Below are positions 28,688 to 41,698 of a stretch of 64,000 nucleotides of DNA, piece after piece. A program made the translations under genes and the position numbers. The stretch covers positions 31,620,001-31,684,000 of the forward strand of contig NC_043001.1 in assembly GCF_006345805.1 (NCBI RefSeq), in the 5' to 3' direction. Position 1 is the first letter of the stretch. Every line of letters starts with the position of its first letter. Origin of the DNA: Octopus sinensis (Eukaryota). The notes under the pieces were generated by a model that was not told where the DNA came from, made no database searches, and saw only the letters and a program-made list of their open reading frames with translations.

Positions 28688-28987
28688 TTTGTTCCTTTTC
28701 AAGCCATGCCTGGCTCATAAGGGCTGGTTTCCCGGTTTCTTGGCGTATAAGTTCCCCACCTATTGGGATGCCGGTCCGTCGCAGGTGAGCTGCAAGATGC
28801 AGGAGGAAAGAGTGAGAGAAAGTTGAGGCGAAAGAATCAGCAGAAGTTTCGCCATTACCTTCTGCCAGAGCTGCGTGAAGCTTAGGTGTTTCGCTCATAA
28901 ACACACACATCACCCGGTCTGAGATTCGAACCCGCGGTACCTCGACCGTGAGTCCGCTGCTCTAACCACTAGGCCATGTGCCTCCAC
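28688..28987 (-). mobile_element. tRNA-derived SINE with a distinct body
   Basis: Head gtggaggcacatggcctagtggttagagc...gggttcgaatc; 13-bp TSD cataaacagtttg (28675-28687 / 28988-29000). Confidence 0.9.
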
Positions 28988-31476
28988 CATAAACAGTTTG
29001 AATGATCATGAAATTATGAACACAATGCACAAGCCCTTATTGGAATGGAGAAAATCTAGTAGTCCAAGCTGTCTGACATACTGGGTCTACCAATGTAAAA
29101 CACGTAACCAGCATAATACCTTAAATATAGAGTAATTAATGCTATGATAAGGTAAGTGAAAGCCATTGAGTGCAAGCATTGGATGTAGAAAATGATAAAC
29201 ATTACTGCTGAAGTGAAAGTGATATAACATCAGGTAGGGAAAAAGAGTGATGTGAACTGCATAATTAAAAATGACAACTCTTCAAAAGGTATAAAAATAA
29301 TAGCAAGGAATAAAGAAAAGAAACCAACAACAATATAATTGAGAATGACAATTGTAGCTTTTGTGGAAAAGTAAAGGTCAAAGAAAAATGTGTAAAAAAA
29401 ACCCCCCAAAAAAAAAAAAACAGAGCTAGCACAAAGGATTGTGTAAGTTTTATTTCACTTCTAAAAAGTTGGTGAAAATGACTTCATTGAATGTAATTCA
29501 GCTACATTTCCTCCTCCCATTCACCAAATAATAGAACATATAATAAACTTAATTTAATTCATAGAACATATAATAAACTAATTTAACGCAAATCTATTCC
29601 TGACAATGAATAGTTAGGGTAAAATATATTTGAAAAATAAATGGCATTCAGCAGTGTCGTACACTTTCAACATCCTTGTGTGAGATATGTAATTGATCGA
29701 ATGTTTGTTGTTAACTAATTTGAGTGCCACAGCATCACTGTAAGTTGGAGTAAGATGATTACAGATCTTGATGGTACTGTTTAGCTTCCAAAATGTCCTT
29801 ATCAAGCAGATCCTTATCATCAAAAATATACAACGCATGGCCATGCCATGTTATTTCTCATGTATAGTGTATTCTGGACTACATGTCTAATGTATATTTT
29901 AAGATGGTAAGGAGCGGTGTGAGGGAGAATTCGGTTGCCATTTTTAGCACAGCATCGCCTTACTGGCACCTGTGCCGTTGGCCTGAGTAAAAAAATTCGA
30001 GTGAGGTTGTTGCCAGTACCGCCTGACTGGCTCCCGTGCTGGTGGCACGTAAAAGCACCTACTATACTCTCGGAGTGGTTGGCGTTAAGAAGGGCAACCA
30101 GCTGTAGAAACTCTGCCAGATCAAGACTGGAACCTGGTGCAACCATCTGGTTCGCCAGCCCACAGTCAAACTGTCCAACCCATGCTAGCATGGAAAGCGG
30201 ATGTTAAACGACGATGATGATGATGAGTGACCAAGTAGGTGCTCTCAAGTTGGCTCACAGGTTTTTACTGTACAATTCCAGTACAGGTTGTACACGAAAA
30301 TTCATGGATATTTTTTGTTTGGCATAGAAGGCAACACAACTAAAATGAATGCCTTGCTGGCTTTACAAGCAAACAGAACTCTGTTCTCACAATCAGAACG
30401 CATGAATTTCTGTATGGTTGTAAAATTTGGTTTCTGTAAACAGATAATCTCTGTTGTTTGGAGGTTCTTAAAAATGACTCAGTAAGAAGAAAAGAAAGCT
30501 GTGTATTTGTCTTATTGGTGACTTAAGGCTGTATAATCAATCTACTCAATCCACAAGCATACTGGTCTCAAATTTTGGCACAAGGCCAGCAATTTCAGGG
30601 GAAGGGTAAATTGATTACATCGACGCCAGCGTTCAACTGATACTTATCATATCGACCCCAAAAGGATGGAAGGCAAAGTCAACCGTGACAGAATTTGAAA
30701 TCAGAATGTAAAGAAGGATGAAATGCTGCTAAGCATTTTGCTCAGAGTGCTAATGCTTCTGCCATTTCACCACCTTAATCCACAAGTATATTACTGTGAA
30801 GGCAATCATCTGTACTCAAAATCCACAACTTCCGTAGGTCGTTAAAGGATGTTGATTAATTTTATGCCCGCAAGAATAAATGTTTCAGTTTCAGGTAACT
30901 TGCCTTAACATATTCTCAGCCTTTGAGAAATTATGATGATACACTTAGTAACTTATACTGACTGAACATGTAGGTGGATATTTATGGCAAAAGCCCAATG
31001 AATATTGGGGATGTACATCATCAGTGACGGAGATTAATCTCTGCAATAATGACTTCAATCTCAATCTCTAGTTTTTTGACTGAGGGAATGTGTTGAAGGT
31101 AACACATGATGTTACCATGTGTAATAACAGCCTTGCACAATTCAAGTGAATAATTGAAACAGCTTGGCCGACAATAGGTAACTTGTTTCTATGTGAGTAA
31201 AGGGTTATGTGTGGGGATTGAATTATAGAGCTTGAAAGAAAGATCTTAGGCAAGAAGCAATGACAGAAGGACAAAATAAGACCAAATGTTAAAAATAAAT
31301 AAAAAAAATCAGAAAAAACCCCCCACCTGAAGACCTCACTAATCCATAACATCTGAATGCACCCATTTAACCTTTCCATAATCATATTTTTAATGAGATG
31401 TTCAGGATAAATGTATTTCATTGGAAATATATATATGCTAATATTACATTTAAAAATAATCAAGAATTAGGTGTCA

Positions 31477-32540
31477 CAAGAGTGGGCTGAAAACTTCATA
31501 GGTTGACTATAAGGAATGATGTTAGAGCTGTGAAATCTTGCAGGCATTAATTTCAACTCTTCTTATTAATAACTGCATTGTTTCTTTCCAGGCAAACTGA
31601 CATCTAACTGTTCAAAGAACACTTCGAAAATAACTAGTAGCAGCTTCTCTTGAAAATGGGCAAAATTTGAAATCGTGGTGTTATCAAGTACCTGCAGAAA
31701 AAGAGTTTAGTCTCCAAGGAAATTCATGCTGACATGGTTGCTACATTAGTGGGCAGCTGATTTTAGGGGGGAAAGTCTTCAACATGATCCAAGGTTGGAT
31801 ATCCTGCAACTGCCACCACTGAAGAAAACATTGATCGTATTCACTACATGGTGATGGATGACAGGTGACTGACTATAAATCAAATAACCAATGCTATGAG
31901 CATATCCTGTGATAGAGCTGAGAATGTTCTCCACAATGAACTCAACACGATGAAGGTTCCTGCTTGGTGGGTGCCGTATCTTCTGACACTTGATCAAAAC
32001 CACACCAGGCTGATTACATTACAGGAAGGCTAAAGAAGGCCAAGGTTGTTTCATTTTCAGGGAAGGTGATATCCTCAGTTTTTTTGGATTGTGTTTATTG
32101 ACTATCCTCAAAAGAGCCACACCATCAATGGAGAATACTATGCCAGCTTGCCGAGGCAGTTACAAAAAGGCTATTGAGACCAAACACCCAGAAAAACTGA
32201 CGAAAGGGGTCTTGTTTCTTCAGGATAATACTCCAGTATACAAGTCCTTCATTTCAAGGGCTGCTGTGCATGATTGTAGCATTGAACTGGTTGATCATTG
32301 TCCCAATTCTCTTAATTTGGCTCTGACTATCTCAACTTTAACAAACACTTGGCTGGGAACCAGTATCACAGTGATAATGACATCCTGTCTGCTGTTGATA
32401 ACTTTCCAACAGGATGAAAGCTTCTTCACCAATAATAAGTGAGTGGACTGCAAGGGAAACTATGTTGAAAAATAACATTATTTGGTCACATTCTATGAGA
32501 TATCTTAGTCAGTCTAGGAACTTTTCAGCTGATCCTTCTT
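31477..32540 (+). mobile_element. Degenerate mariner transposon
   Basis: Frameshifted transposase pieces: EIHADMVATL, ATTEENIDRIH..VMDD, WVP, and KLTKGVLFLQDNTPV. Ends are TIR-like (gggctgaaaac / cttttcagctgatcc). Confidence 0.85.
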
Positions 32541-33859
32541 TTAGTAAAAATAACTAACAGATTTATTTCAATATTGAATCAGTGTTTAGAACAATGAGAT
32601 GTAGCATAAAATGATGGAAGGTGTTAATTCAAATATGAACATTTTAAACTAGGTAGCTTTCTTTTGAAGAATGAGAGACGATCTCAGGTGGGTTTAGTGG
32701 GAAGAAGGTTAGCTGCAACCAGACCTGTTACTTGAGTGCAATGACAATCCTTACAGGATTTGCTGCAACTCTGAAGTATTACTAACAAAAAAAAAAAATC
32801 AGCAGCAGTGAAATTTGTACAGACAAGACACTGGTAAGTTAATATCTGTTCAAGTCAGAATTGATTTGCTGATAAAAGTTTTGGTTCTAAGCTAACGTTC
32901 ATATTGTAACTACTAATCTATAACTCTGACTGCTGGTGGAATTTCCTAACTTCTGATTACTTTAAGTACAAAAATTATGCTTACATTACAGTCAGCCTGA
33001 ATATCTAAAGAGTCTACTGATGAAAACATAGCTGAGCTTGCACTGTACAAACCACCCACAGTGTGCAACAGGATATGCAATCAGACTAAAGTATGACCTG
33101 TCTGATGTGCTTGTCTATAGGCCACTCAACTGATTGGTTACATATGCACTATTTAAGTTACTAAAATTTGAGTTGCCCAATAACAATAACAACAACCACC
33201 CTTTCCTAAAGTAAAGAATCTAAATATTTAGACCATTAAAGGTAATCTATGAAGTAGATATATATTTCTTTATTGCCCACAAGGGGCTAAACACAGAGAG
33301 GACAAACAAGGACAGACAAACAGATTAAGTCGATTACATTGACCCCAGTGCGTAACTGGTACTTAATTTATCAACCCCGAAAGGATGAAAGGCAGAGTTG
33401 ACCTCGGCGGAATTTGAACGCAGATCGTAACGGCAGACGAAATATGGCTACGCATTTCGCCCGGCGTGCTGTTTCTGCCGTAGATAGGAGGGAAGGTACT
33501 AAGAATGATAGTAGATTGATTTTGCTGATGTTTTAAATAGGGGTTAACTTATGAACTAAAGAGCGCACACACACACACACACACATACACAGAGGAAAAC
33601 TGATCATAGGGTGAGATCAAATGACAACATTAAGTTCAACTTGATAAAAAGCAATTATTTCAGGATATAACACAAATTAGAAAATGTGCTTCTACAGATT
33701 ATAGACAAAGACCATAAGACACAAACTAAGACCTTCTAGTCATCAGTTCTCAGCAGTATTTGATAGTTGTGTAAAATTAAGATAGTTACTATAAAAATAG
33801 ATGATGATGATTATTTATGGTACTGGCACTAATGAGATTACCAAGTAATTCACAAAACA

Positions 33860-34600
33860 AGGCCTCTTAAAAGAATGGGAGTTCAGTATTAAGGAAATGG
33901 CTTTGTGCCAGGTGCTGAGAGGAACAAGAATAGTCTTGCTTTAGAGGAGATATATAGGTATCCCAGGTAGAAAGAGAAGGTGGAGATGAGGTTTCAGGGT
34001 ATACTCTCAAAATACAAGAAGGTGGATAATGAAAGAATATGGACAAATAACTGAGGAGTGTTAGGTGGGTAAGTTCATGAGTGTGTGAAGGAGAATGACA
34101 GAGATGATTAGAGATGGAAATAGAGATGAATGCAGTAAATGATGAAAAGGGTGGAGATGTGGTCAATAGAGAATCTCAATTTGGTGGGGAGGGGGAAGGT
34201 AAAGAAAAATAAGAGTCAAAGAGGAGGAGGCCATAAGTGACAATACATAAGATGGAGTGGGGCAGGGATGGCAAGTATCAATTTAATAAAATCCAAGATA
34301 GATGAGAAATAGGGAGATGATGTGAAGTATGGAGGTGAAACAAAAATGTGCAGGCATGTGTGTGTGTGTGTGGAACATTCAATGGAAATAAAGTTGTAAG
34401 AGATGATGCTGAGAGTGCGGGATGAGTGACAAGAGAAGTGGTTCCAAGGAGAAGGATAACTTGATAGGACAAAAGTAGGGGATGAAATATGGGCAGTTCT
34501 GCTCTTGTATAATTATAGCAACAGAGGAAACAATACTGTAGTTAGAAGGGTGAAAGAAGGTGGGATAGGTACTAGGAAGATAAGTTGTGAAGAATGCTTG
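33860..34600 (+). repeat. Purine-rich (G/A) low-complexity tract
   Basis: Strong G+A excess on the plus strand without a clear repeat unit. Confidence 0.5.
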
Positions 34601-35280
34601 ACAGGTACAGATTATCATCATCATTTAACGTCCTTCTTTCAGTGCTGTCATGGGTTGGATTGTTTGACAGGATTCGGCCAAGTAGAAGACTATTCCAGGT
34701 TTCTGTGTCTTTTGGCATGGTTTTTACAGCTGGATGCTCTTCCAAACACCAACCACCCTGCAGACTAGCCTGAGTGCTTTTTATGTGGCACCCGCACAGG
34801 CAGGGTCAGTTTTGGCATGATTTTTACAGCTGGATGCCCTTCCAAATGCCAACCCCTTCAGTGTGGATTGGATGCTTTTTATGTGACACAAGCACTGGTA
34901 ATAGTGAAAAATAAAATTGGGAGAAAATATTAACCATCTCATGTTTCATGGTATCAGCAACTGTATCAATATAAGGATAGAAAAAGAGCTGTGAACGAAG
35001 ACAGACTATAAATTCAAAATTCTGCATACTGAAATGATTGACTGTGGTGTAAAATCAATTTTTGAAACTCTTTATAGAGCAAGACCTCAATAATAAAAGT
35101 CTTATGAAGAATATTAGTCTTTCATGTACTTAATCTACATTTATAGAATTTTTTTTTTTTTTCTGCTAGTTGAGCTGGTGAATCAACTAAAAGACAAGAT
35201 CAACAGATATTTGTTTGTCATCAATATAACTTGCTTTTAAAGTAATTATTAGATTTTTAACTTTATATATATATATGGCA

Positions 35281-35560
35281 TATCCGGTATTGAAGCCATC
35301 ATCATCAAAATACAGCTTAGATGGTCATGTCATATCTCATGTACGAGTGATATCAGAATTCTGAAGCAACTTCTCTTTGGCCAATTCCCAATAGGACGGT
35401 CAATTTGAAGGCCACTCGTGCGCTTCAAAGACAAACTAAAAGACAATCTGAAATGATGCAACAAAGCGTCAGGACACAAGGCCTGGCACCAGTTCTGCAA
35501 CTCTTCACATCAAAGATTTGAGCATAGTTAACTCCAGCATTGGGACCAACTTTGTGCAAG
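35281..35560 (+). pseudogene. RTE-clade LINE ORF2 C-terminal relic
   Basis: Reads SGIEAIIIKIQLRWSCH...RILKQLLFGQ...RPLVRFKDKLKDNLK, matching the RTE/BovB 'IEA..QLRW.GH..RIPKQL..G....RP..RYKD.LK' tail. Confidence 0.7.
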
Positions 35561-35565
35561 CATGA

Positions 35566-35737
35566 AGGCACAGGAGTGGCTGTGTGGTAAGTAGCTTGCT
35601 TACCAACCACATGGTTCCAGGTTCAGTCCCACTGCGTGACATCTTGGGCAAGTGCCTTCTAGTATATTCTCTGGCCAACCAAAGCCTTGTGAGTGGATTT
35701 GGTAGATGGAAACTCAAAGAAGCCCATCGTATATAAG

Positions 35738-35769
<32 letters not shown>

Positions 35770-35982
35770 TGTATGTGTATGTTTGTGTCTGTGGTTGTCT
35801 CCCTAGCATTGCTTGACAACTGATGCTGGTGTGTTTATGTCCCTGTCACCTAGCAGTTTGGCAAAATAGACCGATAGAATAAGTACTGGGCTTACAAAGA
35901 ATAAGTCCCAGGGTCGATTTGCTCGACTAAAGGCGGTGCTCCAGCATGGCCACAGTCAAATGACTGAAACAAGTGAAAGAGT
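35566..35982 (+). mobile_element. SINE family A, full length
   Basis: Colinear with 7636-8040; internal (TA)n. Confidence 0.9.
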
Positions 35983-37739
35983 ATACTAGCAAAATGCTGC
36001 TCCTCTAAATGGCAACTTTACCTGTCATTGTGGTTTTGTGGCATGAAACAAAGCATGTCTTGCTGTTCACTCAAGAAAACACATAGTAAATGATCCACAA
36101 GCACACAAGCAAACCGAGTCCTCTTTCCATTTGCCAAAAGGTTTGCAAGGCACCAACAGGCCTCAAGAGACATTTGTGTCCATAGAACATGATTACTGCT
36201 TTATTTTACTGAACCCTCATTTGTCGTTCACAATGAGAGAATTTATCATATATGGCAATCATCATCATCATCATTATGGGTTGGACAGTTCAACTGGGGT
36301 CTGGGAAGCCAGAAGGCTGCGCCAGGCCCAGTCTGATCTGGCAGTGTTTCTACAGCTGGATGCCCTTCCTAACGCCAACCACTCCGTGAGCATAGTATGT
36401 GCCACCTGCACAGGTGCCAGACGAGGCTGACAAACGGCCACCGGCACGGAGGGCAGCGCTGGCAACGGCCACATTCGGATGGTTCTCTTACGTGCCACTG
36501 GCACTGGTATCACAGCAATAAATATATAAAGTTATTAAAAAAAAGGCTAAGGGGCATGTTATTTAAATGTTGTAAATGACTTAATTTACAACATTTTGTA
36601 TGAAAATACATACAAAATATGTACTTTCGTTAATAACAATTCGACAGATGGTTTGTTTCGTATAATTCTGAAAGCAATAAATCAGACATTAAGTTCTGAC
36701 AATGTGTGGAAGACTAAATTGAAACACAGATGCTTAGAGTGAATAGATGATGCTTGGAACACAACCCTAAACAGGAAATTTAATATATGCTAACTAAATA
36801 GCAACATTAATTAGAAAATAAATTACCAATAAATTCAGAATGTAATGTAGAGATATTCATAGTTCTTAAAATACAAAGCAAAGGTTAACATAATAAAGAG
36901 GTAATTGGATTAACTGGATAATTTAATCCTAAAGCATTAGCTGAAAGGCAGTTATGACATCAATTGATGCCTAATCTCTTCTTTTGATATGTCACAACAA
37001 CACTTAAGTAAAATTCTTCCAAATTTATTCAGGTAAGTAAAACAACTTGGTAATAACTGTTTAAGCCTTTTGGGATTTCTAATACATTTGATCCAAGATA
37101 TGAAACTTAAGACTTTATTATTTTTGAAAATAGAAATCATAGGTCCATATTTAATAAATATAGGTGTGGACAAAACCAACCAGCTAATAATAAAAGACTG
37201 CAAAAATGGTGGCAAGCTGGCATAATAAGTGTTAGCACACTGGGCAAAATGCATTTTGTTCATCTTCATGTCCCAAGTTCAAATCCCACACAAGTCAACT
37301 TTGCCTTTCATCTTTTCAGAGTCAAAAGTACCTTTGAATACTGGGGCCGATGTAACTAACACCCTCTCCCAAACTTGCAGGCTTTGGGCCAAAATTTTGA
37401 AACCAGTATAAAAGATCACAAATGGTTTTGCTTCCGCAGCATCTTCTTTATGACAGCGACTGTTTATCCTTCTCTTCAACTGTTTATCCTTCAACCAAAA
37501 ATGTTGATTACTTTTACCCAACATCAACAAATTATAATTATACCACTATACAATAAAACAAATTCTTACAAAGGTTTTATAACTACAAACTTCCACTAGG
37601 AAAATAACACAGAAGGATCAACCCTTTCAAAGTTTGTTTTGACTTTACTGAGATCTATTTAATTACGTACATTGCCCAGTATGTACAGGTCACCAAAAAG
37701 AACAAGGGTTCGTAAGTATGTGTGTATGTGTAGGGATGG

Positions 37740-38224
37740 CAGTTAGAGTGGCTAACCGGCTTCCATGCCAGTGCACTTAAAGGGCACCATTCAAGCGTGA
37801 TCGTTACCAGCGTCGCCTTACTGGCACTTGTGCCCGTGCTAGTAGGGTGCCAAGAGCACCATCCGAGCGTGATCGTTGCCAGAGCAGCCAACTGGCTTCC
37901 GTGCTAGTGGCACGTAAAAGGTCACCATTCGAGCGTGATCGTTACCAAAGTCACCTTACTGGCACCTGTGCTGGGGGCACGTGTAAAAGGATTTGAGCGA
38001 GGTCGTTGCCAGTACCGCCTGACTGGCCCCCATGCCGATGGCACGTAAAAAGCACCCACCACACTATTGGAGTGGTTGGCATTAGGAAGGGCATCCAGCA
38101 GTAGAAGCTCTGCCAAATCAAGATTGGAGCCTGGTGCAGCCATCTTGTTCGCCAGCCCTCAGTCAAAATCATCCAACTTATGCTAGCATGGAAAGCGGAC
38201 GTTAAACGATGATGATGATGATGA
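37740..38224 (+). mobile_element. Family D copy, the longest in the window, with about 4 internal repeat units
   Basis: Repeated gcaccattcgagcgtgatcgttaccag...gtggcacgtaaaa units, then the shared 3' end and (GAT)n. Confidence 0.85.
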
Positions 38225-38890
38225 TAAACCCTAATATTTTTCACAAGATATATAATTCCAGATAATACTTTTAAGAGACCACTAAAACTTTCATTATTTC
38301 AAAATAGCTAACATTGGAAAAATGTCTATGTAGATGAACCCAATAACACCATTGCCTGAGTGTAATGAAGTAAAGCTTAATAATTTAGATGTTACATAAC
38401 AATACATCAAGTAAAGGTAGTGATGTTATATGAAAAATAAGAAACTATTTTTGAACAGTGGAAGTTGAAAGAAGACAACAAACTGTTCCTTTCCTCTGTT
38501 CTTAATTGTTTTACCCAGCATTTTAACAACAATAAATTAGTTAACACAAAGCAAAGCCTTGTGAATTGATTTGGTAGATGGAAACCGAAAGAAGCCTGTT
38601 GAGCATGTGTGTGTGCTTTTGGTATTTGTTCCCTACTACTGCCTGACAACTGGTGTTCGTTTATTTACATCCTCTATATGTAGCAATTTGGGAAAAGAGA
38701 CCAATAGAATAAGGGTACTGGGGTCGATTGTTTTGACCAAAACCCGTCATGGTGGTATCCTGGCATGGTCACAGTCCAATGACTGAAACGCAAAATGTAA
38801 CAGATATCTAAATTTTGAATGAAATTCAACCACTCAAAAGTTAAATTGCAAAAGTTATGTAAGTTGGCATTAACGAATATGTAAGAGATA

Positions 38891-39393
38891 TGGAGATGCC
38901 TTGATATACAAGTTAATTTGTTCCCAGAGACCGCTGAGAACTCGTAAAGCAGAGCAATAATTTCCCATAGTAGCAATGTTATAAATCATAGTTTGTTCCC
39001 AGAAAAATACTTTACCTATAAAATTTATAATACTCGTAAATAAATGGCAATAAATCAACAGTAGAATGTAAAGAATATTATTATAATCGTTTTCTGAATC
39101 ACTTTCTCTCGCACTAGACTCGTGCACAACATCACTTGTAGATGTGATCACTGATTCACAAGCACTCATAGATGGACTTGTAGATTTCTCTTTTAAAAAA
39201 CAAGCCTAGAGTCGTTTGCTTAGAAAAGCATTTTTTTTTGGTCTCTATAAATTTCTTGGTAACACACAGAAGCACTTGTTATGGTAGTAGAAACATTTGA
39301 ACTTCATTCAAGATTTGGATCTTGTGATTGAAAAATAAAACTTGTAAACCTGGGGTCTTTTAAAGTGGGTCCTTGTAAAGTGAGGTATTACTG
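38891..39393 (-). mobile_element. Old Tigger/pogo-like DNA transposon relic
   Basis: The right end reads TA|CAGTAATACCTCACTTTAC on the minus strand, a Tigger-type terminus. A degenerate matching end lies near 38891. Confidence 0.45.
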
Positions 39394-39939
39394 TACATAT
39401 ATTTTAGTCTGTTCAATATAAAATCAATATCTAGAAATCACAAACAGAAGAAACAAGTCAATGAGGGATTCTCTACCTTAAAGCACAACCTGCTAGAAAT
39501 AGGAGTCAAATCTTCCTCAGATCATATTCTACCATTTTGAATAAGTAAAGGACATATTGAATATTGTAGCCTTACACACTTCCAAGAAAGGTGAGATGGT
39601 CATGGTTAGAATTGCCTTTGAGCGTGGGTCTGCTTGAGCAGAGTTGACTTGTTTATGACAGCAACTAGTAGAAGAAATTTTAAAAATAGAAAATATGGGA
39701 AGAATTTAAAAAAATATTGAAAAGTTCTTAAAATTTAAATGGTAATTTCAATAACTTAATTACTACAACATAGTGCATACATATATACCTTATAGATTTA
39801 TACTGACTTCTGTTTCTGCAATATACATGTAAGGCAAGAAATGAATTTAAGTGAGCTTCATTTCAAACAATTATAACTTATTTACTTAAACCAAGGATAA
39901 TGAAGGGTGTGTGTGCATGGAGAGGTCTTTTTATCCTTC

Positions 39940-40310
39940 CTTTTACTTGTTTCAGTCATTTGACTGCGGCCATCCTGGAGCACTGCCTTTAATCGAGCAA
40001 ATCGACCCCAGGGCTTATTCTTTGTAAGCCTAGTACTTATTCTTTCGGTCACTTTTGCCGAACTGCTAAGTTACGGGGACGCAAGCACACCAGCATCGGT
40101 TGTCAAGCGATGTTGGGGGGACAAACACATATATATATACATATATATGACGGGCTTTTTTCAGTTTCCGTCTACCAAATCTACTCACAAGGCTTTGGTC
40201 GGCCTGAGGCTATAGTAGAAGACACTTGCCCAAGGTGCCACGCAGTGGGACTGAACCCGGAACCATGTGGTTGGTAAGCAAGCTACTTATCACACAGCCA
40301 CTCCTACGCC
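39940..40310 (-). mobile_element. SINE family A, full length
   Basis: Reverse complement of family A with high identity. Confidence 0.9.
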
Positions 40311-41344
40311 TAGGTGTTAGTAGATTCAACAGACTAGGTCTGGTAAGGCTCATTGTTGTTGCTTATTCCAAGGTCAGCCTTTATCAAGCTGACCTGTCAT
40401 CAAAATTCCTGTAATGGTCATCCAATCTTTCTATTTTTTTCCAACATATCCTTCCTTAGATGTAATACTAGGGAGATCTGGCTGCTAATATTAGAAGCAG
40501 AAGTGACCATTAAGGGTTTCTAAATATTGTGGAACCTTGAGTTTGGCTAAATGAATTATCAAATTTCAACCTATCACAATGATTGACTAGCAAGAGCAAT
40601 TACTCTGAAATCTTTATGGCATCCTGCAGATAACATTTTTCTTATTTACTGCCCATAAGAAGCTACACACAGAGAGGACAAACAAGGACAGACAAATGGA
40701 TTAAGTCAATTATATCGACCCCAGGGCGAAACTGGTACTTAATTTATCGACCCCGAAAGGATGAAAAACAAAGTCGACCTCGGTGGAATTTGAACTCAGA
40801 ACGTAGCGGCAGACGAAATACCGCTAAGCATTTCGCCCGGCGTGCTAACATTTCTGCAAGCTTGCCGCCTTTCTTTTGGTGTGCTAACTGAAATAGGAAA
40901 ATGCTATCCTGTAGATAACATTTTTCTGCTTAGGATTATTGTGTGGACTGTAGTATCTTGCACTAATTTTACTCAACAACCTCATCATTTAATGCCCACT
41001 CTTCCATGCTTGCATGGGTCAGACAGAATTTGTTAAGGTAGGTTTCCTACAGCCAGACACCTTTCCTGTTGCCAACCTTAATATTTCCCCATGACCAGAA
41101 ATATTTTTCAAACACAGGATTGGAAACAAACAACCTCACTTGTATGATGATGATGCTCATTTAAAAACACATGTTTAGGTATACAATGGGTTTTTTCAGT
41201 TTCTCTCTACCAAATCTACTCAAAAGGCTTTGATTGGCCCGGGGTAGATACAAGCCCAAAGTGCTGCACAATGGAACTGAATCCATGACCCCACATGGTT
41301 GGGAAGAAAGCTTTTTAACCACACAGCCACACTGCACCTATATA

Positions 41345-41698
41345 TATTCTTTACTCTTTTACTTGTTTCAGTCATTTGACGGTGGCCATGCTGGATCACC
41401 ACATTTTTAGTTGCACAAATCGACCCCAGGACTTCTTTGTAAGCTAAGCACTTATTCTATTGGTCTCTTTTGCCGAACTGCTAAGTTACAGGGACATAAA
41501 CACACCACATTGGTTGTCAAATGATGGTGGTGGGGGGAACAAACACAGACACACACACACAACGGATTTCTTTCAGTTTCTGTCTACCAAATCCGAGGCT
41601 ATAGTAGAAGGCATTTGCCCAAGGTACCACACAGTGGTAATGAACCTGGAACCTTGTGGTTGCGAAGCAAGCTTCTTACCACACAGCCACGCCTGTGC
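41345..41698 (-). mobile_element. SINE family A
   Basis: Reverse complement of family A, directly adjacent to another partial copy at 41190-41340. Confidence 0.85.

Noticed and set aside
36131-36430. ORF containing IEHDYC (HCF-binding-like motif)
   Set aside because: The ORF runs into a family D repeat, and a short motif without splice or homology support is not evidence.
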